Of a stretch of 64,000 nucleotides of DNA, positions 44,777-53,078 are shown in pieces. A program made the translations under genes and the position numbers. The first letter of the stretch is position 1; each line of letters opens with the position of its first letter. The notes under the pieces are model-generated. The model was given only the letters and a program-made list of their open reading frames with translations. It was not told the DNA's origin and searched no databases. The stretch comes from a virus (taxonomy: Duplodnaviria; Caudoviricetes), in IMG/VR virus record IMGVR_UViG_2844225640_000006, positions 8,495-72,494 of that record; one strand, written 5' to 3'.

Positions 44777-45113
44777 TACCCTGTGCCCCCGCCATATACA
44801 GATCGAGATTGGCAAATATCGCTGCCACCGCAGTGGAACGACGAGCATCGGCTTCCGAGCGCACGTCCTTGCTGAGCGTGTCGTCGTACATATCGGCGAG
44901 AGCGCGGAAGTAATCCACCGCAGCAGTCGCATTAACTTCGGACAGCTCCTCGAGGAACGTGCTGACGCCGACCAGAACGAAAACCATCCCAGAGATGCCG
45001 GTCTCCGCGCAGGCGCGGTTCGTGGCGTGGACCAGATGTCGGTGAACCGCATCGCGGATCGCCTGTTCCTGCTCTGGAGTGACGCGCACCACCGGCTTGA
45101 TTGGATTGCTCAT
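44769..45113 (-). CDS. Hypothetical protein
   Basis: AGGAG SD, coupled. Confidence 0.6.
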   Translation of the reverse strand: MSNPIKPVVRVTPEQEQAIRDAVHRHLVHATNRACAETGISGMVFVLVGVSTFLEELSEVNATAAVDYFRALADMYDDTLSKDVRSEADARRSTAVAAIFANLDLYMAGAQGNA

Positions 45114-45700
45114 AGGAAATTCTCCTGCTGGAAAGACCGTCCGCGATCAAAGGCGTGGTCCGGTTCATTCATGATGCGGAGGGCGTCGAGCATGCACAGC
45201 GCTTCCGCCTCATCCTCAGTCGAGTAAGACCAGCCGTTCTTGTCGCAGTACGTTTTCGCCTGCAGCTTGAACCACTTGGATCTTTCGGCCTGCTTGGCCT
45301 TCTTCATGGCGTCAGGCACACGGAGCTTGCCGTGTGTCTTCGAGCGCCATGTCGAGATCGCTATGAACTGCGGATCCCGCAGCCCCATCGTGTGACACAG
45401 AGTCTGTGCATGGGTAGGCCAGCCCGACGAGAAGATGACCTGCTGCGCATCGATGGCTGACTTGCCACCGGGGGTGCCGTGATCGACGATGGTCATCAGC
45501 TCTATGCCAACGAGCGGGTCGGGCAGGGCGCTCAGCGTGCGCTTCAGGTACTGAACGAAGGTGGCATATGCCTCTCCCGCGCTCTTCTGATTGAACTTCC
45601 AGGTGCCGTGGCGGATGTTCTCTCCACCGGCCAGACAATAAGCAAAGCCCATTGACCGGCCCGGATCGATAACAAGGTAGCTTCCGGGTGAATCGCTCAT
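45110..45700 (-). CDS. RuvC-like Holliday junction resolvase
   Basis: VIDPG, IE, TWR, DEAEAL. Confidence 0.75.
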   Translation of the reverse strand: MSDSPGSYLVIDPGRSMGFAYCLAGGENIRHGTWKFNQKSAGEAYATFVQYLKRTLSALPDPLVGIELMTIVDHGTPGGKSAIDAQQVIFSSGWPTHAQTLCHTMGLRDPQFIAISTWRSKTHGKLRVPDAMKKAKQAERSKWFKLQAKTYCDKNGWSYSTEDEAEALCMLDALRIMNEPDHAFDRGRSFQQENFL

Positions 45701-46263
45701 GCCGGTCGCTCCGCATAGAGAAGACGGGCCGGGGCAGGGAACAGAGGTTTCGGCCCCCAGACGTACCAAGCATGGTCTTCGGTCCCTGTCTGGCCGTTGC
45801 CTTCCCAGCTAATGCGATCGACGAGAACGATCTTTGCGAGGAAGCGTGGGTTGTCAGCGAACAAATGTTTGCGGGTCTTGCCGCTGTCGAACTTCGCTGT
45901 CAGGAGCAGCGCCACATTGCCAGCGCAACGCGCCAGCGCCTTCTCTGCAAACTTGACCGCAGTACGGTTCTGCTTGCCGTAAGGTGGGTTGGTGACGATG
46001 GAGTCGTAGACCTCGTAATCATCCCGGTCAGACAGGAAGTCGAAGATCTCGTCGTGTTCGCGGTAGTAAGTCTCGATGTCAGAGGTGTAGACCTCCGCCC
46101 CGTTGGCCCTCAGCACGTCAGCCATCTTGTGATTTCCGGCCGCTGATTCCCAAACGTTGTATCCGCGCACGGGAAAGTATTTGAGCAGGGCTTCTGTCGC
46201 CCACGCCTCTGTTTCGTAAAGCTCGTTCTTCTTCAGGTCATATCCAGATGCGGTGACGGTCAT
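45697..46263 (-). CDS. Small amino-DNA methyltransferase (NPPY type)
   Basis: YET..W, WESAAG.H, SDI, VTNPPY. Confidence 0.8.
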   Translation of the reverse strand: MTVTASGYDLKKNELYETEAWATEALLKYFPVRGYNVWESAAGNHKMADVLRANGAEVYTSDIETYYREHDEIFDFLSDRDDYEVYDSIVTNPPYGKQNRTAVKFAEKALARCAGNVALLLTAKFDSGKTRKHLFADNPRFLAKIVLVDRISWEGNGQTGTEDHAWYVWGPKPLFPAPARLLYAERPA

Positions 46264-46643
46264 TCTTTCCTCCCGACGGCGCGCATCACGCGCTTTTCCA
46301 TCAGTGCTATTCGTTTGTTGAGCTGTCTGGAGAACCAGACGAGGCGGTACTTGATGGGTTCGCCGGACCTCGGCTCGCTGATGAGCCGCATGAATTTTCC
46401 GTATGGCGTTGAACCCTTGAGGCGGTTGCAGGGAGCACACGCTGCCGCGATGTTGTCCTTGCTATCGAGACCTCCGGCCGACCGCGGCTTGATGTGCTCG
46501 CGGGTTACCTGTTTGACTGTCAGCGGATCGAGACAGTAGATGCACTTGCCGCCCTGCTTCTTCAGCGCCGACTCCCTGTCGGCTCGGGCAAATGCTGCGT
46601 CCAGTTTGGACTGCTGGAACTTCGAAAGACGCCCCTTAGCCAT
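46260..46643 (-). CDS. HNH endonuclease
   Basis: CIYC, EHIKPRSAGG, N...ACAPCNRLKG. Confidence 0.85.
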   Translation of the reverse strand: MAKGRLSKFQQSKLDAAFARADRESALKKQGGKCIYCLDPLTVKQVTREHIKPRSAGGLDSKDNIAAACAPCNRLKGSTPYGKFMRLISEPRSGEPIKYRLVWFSRQLNKRIALMEKRVMRAVGRKE

Positions 46644-46801
46644 GGTCTCACCATGGAATCCGAGGTCGTCCGCGTGGTGACGAAACCATCGCGAGAACCT
46701 TTCAGTATGATTGGGTGAGGTATCCGGTCTTACCGGTGAGCCGCGGCGCCGTAGCGCCGGGCTTATCTCTCAGATGGCATAAGTGCCGGGTTACACTGGC
46801 C

Positions 46802-47062
46802 TTAACGGACAGGCGCGGGGATGTCGCATCCAGGCGTCGAGCCGTTATCGATAACGATCTGAGCCGCCTCAGTGACATGATCGAGGCGCTGATCGTCAAA
46901 CCAGCAGCCCTCGGGCTTTTTCGTGGTGTCTTCGCTAACTGGCTGAAGAAGGGTTTGAGCGCACCCGGTGATGTATTCGCAATGGCCGGTAGCCACACCT
47001 TTGAAGCCAGTGATCTTGTCTGTGTAAGTATTTCCAAGGATGATGTTCATCTCAATCTCCAT
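46802..47062 (-). CDS. Hypothetical phage protein
   Basis: DKITGFKG...Y.TGC...WFDD.RL. Confidence 0.65.
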   Translation of the reverse strand: MEIEMNIILGNTYTDKITGFKGVATGHCEYITGCAQTLLQPVSEDTTKKPEGCWFDDQRLDHVTEAAQIVIDNGSTPGCDIPAPVR

Positions 47063-47104
47063 ATGTCTGGCATTATTGCCGGGGTGAATGCTGTAGGCTT
47101 TAGG

Positions 47105-47665
47105 TCAGATGGTCTTTTGGAAGTATTCTGCGCAGTCTTCGGCGTATGCCTGTCCAGTGTTGCGCCCGTTGAGTGCTGCTCGCCCCTTCGCCAAGATAGT
47201 CTGTATGTCTTCGTTGCGTTTGATGGCGGCGGCCGTCTTACCTGCCTTTAAATTGCCTACCGACGCCCATTCCATATCCGTAGCGCCGACCTTCGCTACA
47301 TAAACGCACATCCTCTTTTTCCTAGCGACGGTGATGAGAGTCCCGAAGGTTCTCCAGAGGGATTCGATGTCATTGGCGCCGTGAACCGCTGCCTCCTGTG
47401 CCATCTGGCCGAGCTGGCTTGAGGCGTAGCGCCGCTTCCCCTTCGGGGTGTGCAGTTCAACCATTTTCCGATCAAGGGTTCGACCCGCGCCATCGAACGC
47501 AGCTATCATGGCGTCTATAATCTCAACGCCCACATCAATATTCATTTGGCGGCTGCCAACGCCGAGAATGTGGCGGTTCTTTTTCTGTGAGAAATCGCAG
47601 ACAGTTTCAGCGTGCCTGCGGAAGTCGTCGCGAAATTCCTTCTCGCTCACAATGCGATTAGTCAT
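47105..47665 (-). CDS. Hypothetical protein
   Basis: AAGGA SD, coupled. Confidence 0.55.
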   Translation of the reverse strand: MTNRIVSEKEFRDDFRRHAETVCDFSQKKNRHILGVGSRQMNIDVGVEIIDAMIAAFDGAGRTLDRKMVELHTPKGKRRYASSQLGQMAQEAAVHGANDIESLWRTFGTLITVARKKRMCVYVAKVGATDMEWASVGNLKAGKTAAAIKRNEDIQTILAKGRAALNGRNTGQAYAEDCAEYFQKTI

Positions 47666-48617
47666 GGTGATAATCCTTTATGGTTGTCAGGAGCGCGAGT
47701 GAATAGTCGACCATGGACATATACTCGTCGACGGTCACTCGCGAATGGGAAGCGATGTGCTGGTAGACTGCCACGGGAGAGGCTTTCACCGTGGCGATGT
47801 TGCGGATCGCACCGAATACAGAGATAGCGCGGTCCTTATCGGACGCGGTTTCGATAAAATCCGCGTCCTGATATTCATCATGCTCGGCATCGATCTCTGC
47901 TTTCTCTTCGTCAGTAAGATCGCGAGCGAAAGGAACTATTTCGGCCGTGTGGCCTTCGACAATGGCGACAGGCTTAGGCTTGCGAAGCTCCGCGTTCTCC
48001 AGCTGGAGGCGGCGGATCTCATCTTTAAACCCGGCTTCGATCTTTTGAGCCGCCTCGGTGACCGCAATGGAAACCCGCTCGTCCATCTCCTTTTCGACGG
48101 CGGAAGCCTTGCTCTCTGCCTCCTCAGCATCCTTCACCGCGAGATCTTTACCCCTTTCGAGCGCATTAGATTGCTTCTCGAGGTCTGATATGCGGGTCCG
48201 AAGCTCCTTTACTTGAGCAGCCGTAAAGACTTCACCGGCAGAAACACGTTCTGCGATAATGGCCTGAATGTCAGGTCCGGCTTTGGCTACTTCAGAGAGG
48301 GTAGATGTTTTCATGTTTATCAATTTGATAAACATTTCAGGCTGTATTCCATTCGCGATCTCTATCATGCGATAGGCGCTTGCTTGCGGGATATGCGGGA
48401 GGCGACGCGCCAACCACTTAACAAACCCCTCATCGCCACCTTTATACCTGTGTAGTTCTTGCGATTTTGCCAGCTCGCGTCCGATGTCTATTATGGCATC
48501 ACGCTGAATACGATCGACGTTCTGTGCATGCTGCTCGATCCGCTGATTAACATCATTAGCGTCAATTGCCGTGCCCGTGAATTCCTCAAGGTCTGTTTGA
48601 TGTGGCATGGCGTTCAT
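47658..48617 (-). CDS. DUF3102-like domain plus coiled coil
   Basis: IIDIGREL...F.KW......SAYRM..IA. Confidence 0.55.
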   Translation of the reverse strand: MNAMPHQTDLEEFTGTAIDANDVNQRIEQHAQNVDRIQRDAIIDIGRELAKSQELHRYKGGDEGFVKWLARRLPHIPQASAYRMIEIANGIQPEMFIKLINMKTSTLSEVAKAGPDIQAIIAERVSAGEVFTAAQVKELRTRISDLEKQSNALERGKDLAVKDAEEAESKASAVEKEMDERVSIAVTEAAQKIEAGFKDEIRRLQLENAELRKPKPVAIVEGHTAEIVPFARDLTDEEKAEIDAEHDEYQDADFIETASDKDRAISVFGAIRNIATVKASPVAVYQHIASHSRVTVDEYMSMVDYSLALLTTIKDYHHD

Positions 48618-49102
48618 TCCGGCGCCTCCTCGCTCATTGATGCAGAGAGATCCTTGTTGGCAAGCTCGGTGCCGTCATTGAAACCCTTCTGCCAGTTCTG
48701 GAACTCCTGCGAGCCCGGCTGGTACGGGTTGGTCGCGCTCTTGCGACGGCGCCCGGCTGCGAAGCCTTCGTCGTAGGCCCGGTCTTCCTGCGGTGTCCGA
48801 TCCTTGTCGAGGATGTCGAGCTGGCGGCCGAGCTGGTGACCGAACATGCGGGCGATACGGAGCTTGCGTTCGAAGTCGGCAATAACCTGACCGACGTCCT
48901 TGTCCTCGAGGGACTTGGCAAAATCGTAGTCCTTCTTGGACCAGCCGAGATCCTTCAGCCGCTTGTATTCGGCGTTCATGTCGCCCTTGGTGCCGGCCAT
49001 ATCCGACTCCATGCTCTTCAGGTTTGCGAAGCCTTCGAGGAACTTCTGCTCTTCGTAGAGCTCCTGTTCAGTCTTGGTGTTGTGGTCTCTGGTCATCATC
49101 AT
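48614..49102 (-). CDS. GapR/DUF2312-like N-terminus with RMF-like C-terminal motif
   Basis: E....KGD....Y...K..GW..K; AYDEGF.AG....NPY......W.KG. Confidence 0.5.
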   Translation of the reverse strand: MMMTRDHNTKTEQELYEEQKFLEGFANLKSMESDMAGTKGDMNAEYKRLKDLGWSKKDYDFAKSLEDKDVGQVIADFERKLRIARMFGHQLGRQLDILDKDRTPQEDRAYDEGFAAGRRRKSATNPYQPGSQEFQNWQKGFNDGTELANKDLSASMSEEAPE

Positions 49103-49108
49103 GCACCT

Positions 49109-49441
49109 CTATTTAGGTTGCTTCTTAATTCTGAGACGCTTTCGCGCCTCGTCTATCGAGACCCCTGATTTCAGGAGGTCGTAGTAAGCCGCCTCCTGAT
49201 GAGGAGGTACGTAAAATCCCCTGCGGGATGTCTTGTAACTCTGGATATGAGGAGGAGCCTCGAATACTTTTTCGCCTGCATTATCAGCAGTTAGCTCAAG
49301 CTTCTTGATGCGTCGGATCACCTGTATCCGGTGCACACCAAGGAGGTTGGCGATAGTACGAGTAGGAGTATTTTTGCGTACGAGGGACCGCAGTTCTCGA
49401 TCGAGTTCAGCGGTCCAAATCAGGTTGCCTGTGCCAACCAT
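49109..49441 (-). CDS. GcrA-like HTH protein
   Basis: WT.E....L..L......IA..LGV.R..VI.R...L.L. Confidence 0.5.
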   Translation of the reverse strand: MVGTGNLIWTAELDRELRSLVRKNTPTRTIANLLGVHRIQVIRRIKKLELTADNAGEKVFEAPPHIQSYKTSRRGFYVPPHQEAAYYDLLKSGVSIDEARKRLRIKKQPK

Positions 49442-49447
49442 CGGGGC

Positions 49448-49747
49448 TCACTCCCCAACAGGATCACGCAAAGTCTCATCACTCGGAATGTCGAACCCGA
49501 GCTCCTCCGCTGCCGCAAGGCATGTGAGGACAATGAGACCCGTGCAAAGTTTTTCCTTTTTCTCTTCAGCTCTGAAGACGGAAACCTGCGTGCTTCCAAT
49601 ACGCTCGGCAAATGCCATCTGGCTTTCGCCGAGTTCATTGCGGACGAACTTTATCTGACGACCAGTCAGGGTAAGCTGCTCAACTTCCGCCATAACTTGT
49701 TTGTATCGGGTCAGGATGTCGTGGAATTTGGTGGTGTTATCTCGCAT
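49448..49747 (-). CDS. Cro-like XRE regulator
   Basis: IKFVRNELGESQ.AFAERIG..Q.SV.R.E; divergent from cI. Confidence 0.8.
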   Translation of the reverse strand: MRDNTTKFHDILTRYKQVMAEVEQLTLTGRQIKFVRNELGESQMAFAERIGSTQVSVFRAEEKKEKLCTGLIVLTCLAAAEELGFDIPSDETLRDPVGE

Positions 49748-49773
49748 TGTTATTCACTCCGTGTTGAATATGT

Positions 49774-49815
49774 AATACAATGCGAATTGGCTATGGTAAA
49801 TACGAAACGTATTTA
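49774..49815. promoter_or_regulatory. Operators of the cro/cI switch
   Basis: Perfect palindrome TAAATACG-AAA-CGTATTTA (49797-49815) and a degenerate copy at 49774-49788. Confidence 0.7.
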
Positions 49816-49835
49816 ATTTGTCAGGAGACTTCGTT

Positions 49836-50498
49836 ATGCATCAAGAAGAGCCGTTCCATCGCCTCAAGGTGGCGCGAGTAAACGCTGGCTATAAGTCGGC
49901 AACGGATGCCGCCCGTAGTATGGGCGTGAAGGTTGTCACATACACAGCGCATGAAAATGGCACACGCGGATTTGATAAGGACGCCCTCTTATACGCAAAG
50001 CATTACGGCGTTGACCCTGCGTGGCTGCTATTCGGGACCGTCCCATTGGCCGATCCAGCCGATGACGAAGGGCAGGCCGCTCGTTTGAAGGCGAAATCCA
50101 ACGCGGCAGAACTTATCAGATCCACAAACCTCGATGAGTTTTGGGATATGCCGAAGGACTTCCTTGAAGTCGGTCTTGATATTCACAATGACTGCGCGCG
50201 CGTCATGGAGATCGTCGGCGACTATATGTACGATCCGTATAATCCGACTGCTCCTGGCTCACTCTTTCCGGGTGATAGCGTCATCATTGACATGAATGAC
50301 ACACGCCCCACTCCTCCCGGAGCATTCGCTGTGTATGATGGTGATGCCGTTTCGGTGAAGATGGTCGAAGTCCTTCCGTCTGAAGGCCCGCCGCTCGTTC
50401 GGATCACCGGCAGGAATCCTCGATATGAAGGCTACGAACGGAGTGCCTCGGACGTGCCGATTGTCGGTCGAGTTAAGGCGAAGGTGACGATGCTGTGA
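49836..50498 (+). CDS. CI-like repressor (HTH + S24-like domain)
   Basis: RLK.AR...G, HENG.R, WLLFG, PGD.VIID, VK, NPRY, IVGRV; AGGAG SD. Confidence 0.88.
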   Translation: MHQEEPFHRLKVARVNAGYKSATDAARSMGVKVVTYTAHENGTRGFDKDALLYAKHYGVDPAWLLFGTVPLADPADDEGQAARLKAKSNAAELIRSTNLDEFWDMPKDFLEVGLDIHNDCARVMEIVGDYMYDPYNPTAPGSLFPGDSVIIDMNDTRPTPPGAFAVYDGDAVSVKMVEVLPSEGPPLVRITGRNPRYEGYERSASDVPIVGRVKAKVTML

Positions 50499-51042
50499 CG
50501 TGCCAACTTTCGTTTTTCTTCGTTTCGCCGCGCATTTTTTTGGAATGAGATTTTAGCAATAATATTAAAGGCTTGAGCACTCCATAGGCTCATACCCAGA
50601 AACCAATCTACTTTACGATTCTATATGGGTTCACCGTCTATGCTCGATTGAGAGATCGTCGTGACTCCCACAGACCAAGAACCCCGCCATGAATAACATG
50701 GAAGGGCTCCTGGAGTAGGAGGGGTAGTCCATGCCCGACCGAGCCGACCGCCGCTTATCCCACAGGTAACGGCGGGGTTGCTCGCCTTACCATCTTGGCC
50801 TCTTTTTCGTGAGCACTCACGCCGATCAGGGCAGACCACCAGCTTTCGCCGCCAGAAACCCTTTGAGCCAGATCGAATCCCGTTCCTTGCTCAATCATCT
50901 ACTGCACGGCCGAACCGGTTTCCGTCATACCTTGCAGCAGACTGGACGGCTCATTCATTTTGTCTTGAGGAAATACGTGACGTATGATATTCAATCGTCA
51001 CTGGATTTCCTCGTCGGCTAAACGAACAATCTCTCCAGTCGC

Positions 51043-51083
51043 GGCCCCGTGCATTTGCTAGATGCAGCGGGGCCTTTTCTTTT
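51043..51083 (+). terminator. Intrinsic terminator
   Basis: GGCCCCG-TGCAT..ATGCA-G-CGGGGCC-TTTTCTTTT. Confidence 0.7.
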
Positions 51084-51108
51084 ATGCTCCTTTTTTTTGC
51101 GCTTCGTC

Positions 51109-51158
51109 AATACGTTTCGTATTTTATTTGTTGACACATACGATGCGAATAGTATTAT
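51109..51158 (+). promoter_or_regulatory. Sigma70-type promoter with two operators
   Basis: TTGACA (51131)-16 nt-TATTAT (51153); AATACG-TTT-CGTATT at 51109; ATACG-ATG-CGAAT in the spacer. Confidence 0.7.
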
Positions 51159-51190
51159 GCAATTCATAGCGTAGATTTCGAGCCGACGAA

Positions 51191-51364
51191 ATGAACACCA
51201 ACATTCTGAATGCAGCACAACGTGCGTCTGACCGACGCGCGCAGATGGAAGTCGCTATTCGCGCCTGGCATCAGGGCCTCCCGCTCACGACAGAGCAGAA
51301 GGATCTGATCCACGAGGCAGGAGTGGTTTCTCTCGCCCACGACATGCGGCTTCCCGATGAATGA
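51191..51364 (+). CDS. Small hypothetical protein (57 aa)
   Basis: Read manually: MNTNILNAAQRASDRR...; first ORF after the promoter. Confidence 0.45.
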   Translation: MNTNILNAAQRASDRRAQMEVAIRAWHQGLPLTTEQKDLIHEAGVVSLAHDMRLPDE

Positions 51365-51563
51365 CGAGTGGGAAATTCAGGCTGGCTTCGAGCTCTACAA
51401 GCAGTTCATCCGCGGCGGTTACGGCTCCTGCATGGAGGTCACCGTCAAGGGGAAGAAGGTCCGGGAAACCCCGGAACAGGCGTGCGTCCGAAGATGGCGC
51501 CGACTCAGAGACACCGTCCGCGAAGGGTTCATCGCGGAAGGCCGGAAGCAGCAAGAAACTTGA
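51357..51563 (+). CDS. Hypothetical protein
   Basis: Overlaps the previous stop. Confidence 0.45.
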   Translation: MNDEWEIQAGFELYKQFIRGGYGSCMEVTVKGKKVRETPEQACVRRWRRLRDTVREGFIAEGRKQQET

Positions 51564-51573
51564 GGTTCATATA

Positions 51574-52851
51574 ATGAAAGTCATCTCTTTTCAGGCCGAG
51601 AACATAAAGAAGCTCGTTGCCGTTGAGATTAAGCCAGAGGGCAACCTCGTTGAAATCACCGGGAAGAACGGGCAGGGCAAGACTTCTATCCTTGATGCGA
51701 TCTGGTGGGCCTTGGATGGCAACAAGGTCATCCAGTCCAAGCCAGTGCGTGATGGAGCTGAGGCTGGCTTCATTCGCCTCGACCTTGGCGACTATGTCGT
51801 CACCAAAAAGTTCAAGGTGAAGGCCGACGGCGATATAACGATCTCGCTCACCGTCGAAAACCGGGACGGAGCGAAGTTTGGCAGCCCGCAGGAACTGCTC
51901 AACCGCTTCCTCGGCGACCTTACCTTCGACCCGCTCTCTTTTTCCCGTATGCGAGCGCAGGATCAGGTCAAGGCGCTCCGGTCTCTGGTCAAGGACTACG
52001 ACTTCGATGCCGCTGACAAGGAATCCAAGGAGCTTTTCACCGAGCGCACGGACGTCAACCGTTCGATCCGCGACCTGAAGGCTCGTATCGAGTCCATCGT
52101 CATCCCTGAGTGCGGTGTCTCTGAAAAGGTCAGCGTTGAAGACCTCGTGCAGGATCTTCAGAAGGCCATGGATCACAACTCCGCCGTGACAGCCGCCGAA
52201 AGCAAGGCGCAGGCCATCAACGCTGACATCGAGCGCACCCGCAATTCGATCTCCACCAAGAAGCAAGCAATTAACGATCTCCAGCATGCGCTTAATCAAG
52301 AAGAGCTGCGGATCGAGGAGCTTAACGACGAGCTTGACGGCATCGAGATCGCAGACCGCATCGATACCAACCCGATCCGCGAGAAGATTTCGGAAGCGGA
52401 TGAGATCAATGGCGCTCTGACCCAAATCAAGGCCCGCGAAGAGCTCGTCGACCAGATGAAGGCTCTCCAGCAGAAGAGCGACGAGCTCACCAAGGGCATC
52501 GATGTCATCAACCAGGCATCCGCGAACGCCGTCGTCGCAGCGAACCTGCCCATTGCCGGCCTTCAGCTCACGGACGAGGCTGTCATCCTTAACGGCCAGC
52601 CGTTTGATCAGGCAAGCGACGCCGAGCAGCTCCGCGCATCTATCGCGGTGGCGGCTGCGATGAATCCGACGCTCCGGGTTATCCGTGTACGTGACGGCTC
52701 ACTGCTCGACGCGGACTCGATGGCCTTGCTGACCGAGTTTGCACAGGAAAACGACACGCAGGTGTGGATCGAGACGGTTTCGTCCGGCCGCGAGACGGCT
52801 GTGGTGATCGAAGACGGGCACGTCGCCTCTGGTTTGGAGGCAGCAGAATGA
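51574..52851 (+). CDS. SMC/Rad50-like coiled-coil ATPase
   Basis: ENIK, GKNGQGKT, long coiled coil, ASDAEQ signature-like, VRDG.LLD. Confidence 0.85.
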   Translation: MKVISFQAENIKKLVAVEIKPEGNLVEITGKNGQGKTSILDAIWWALDGNKVIQSKPVRDGAEAGFIRLDLGDYVVTKKFKVKADGDITISLTVENRDGAKFGSPQELLNRFLGDLTFDPLSFSRMRAQDQVKALRSLVKDYDFDAADKESKELFTERTDVNRSIRDLKARIESIVIPECGVSEKVSVEDLVQDLQKAMDHNSAVTAAESKAQAINADIERTRNSISTKKQAINDLQHALNQEELRIEELNDELDGIEIADRIDTNPIREKISEADEINGALTQIKAREELVDQMKALQQKSDELTKGIDVINQASANAVVAANLPIAGLQLTDEAVILNGQPFDQASDAEQLRASIAVAAAMNPTLRVIRVRDGSLLDADSMALLTEFAQENDTQVWIETVSSGRETAVVIEDGHVASGLEAAE

Positions 52852-53078
52852 AAATCAAGATCATCGCTGGCGCAGAGCCTCACCGTGAAGGCGAGTATCC
52901 TTGGTCCTATATGGTCGGATGCGACGGGGTTACCGAGATCGTCGAGGAGGACCAAAACCTCGGCACGTACGGAATCACTTGGTTCGTCGTGAAGAGTGGC
53001 GATGCCGTTATCGCAAAGATGAACGCGCTCTACGTCGCTAATATCACGCTCTTTCCTGTGGAAGGCGGTGCGAAATGA
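52848..53078 (+). CDS. Hypothetical protein
   Basis: GGAGG SD, ATGA coupling. Confidence 0.55.
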   Translation: MKIKIIAGAEPHREGEYPWSYMVGCDGVTEIVEEDQNLGTYGITWFVVKSGDAVIAKMNALYVANITLFPVEGGAK

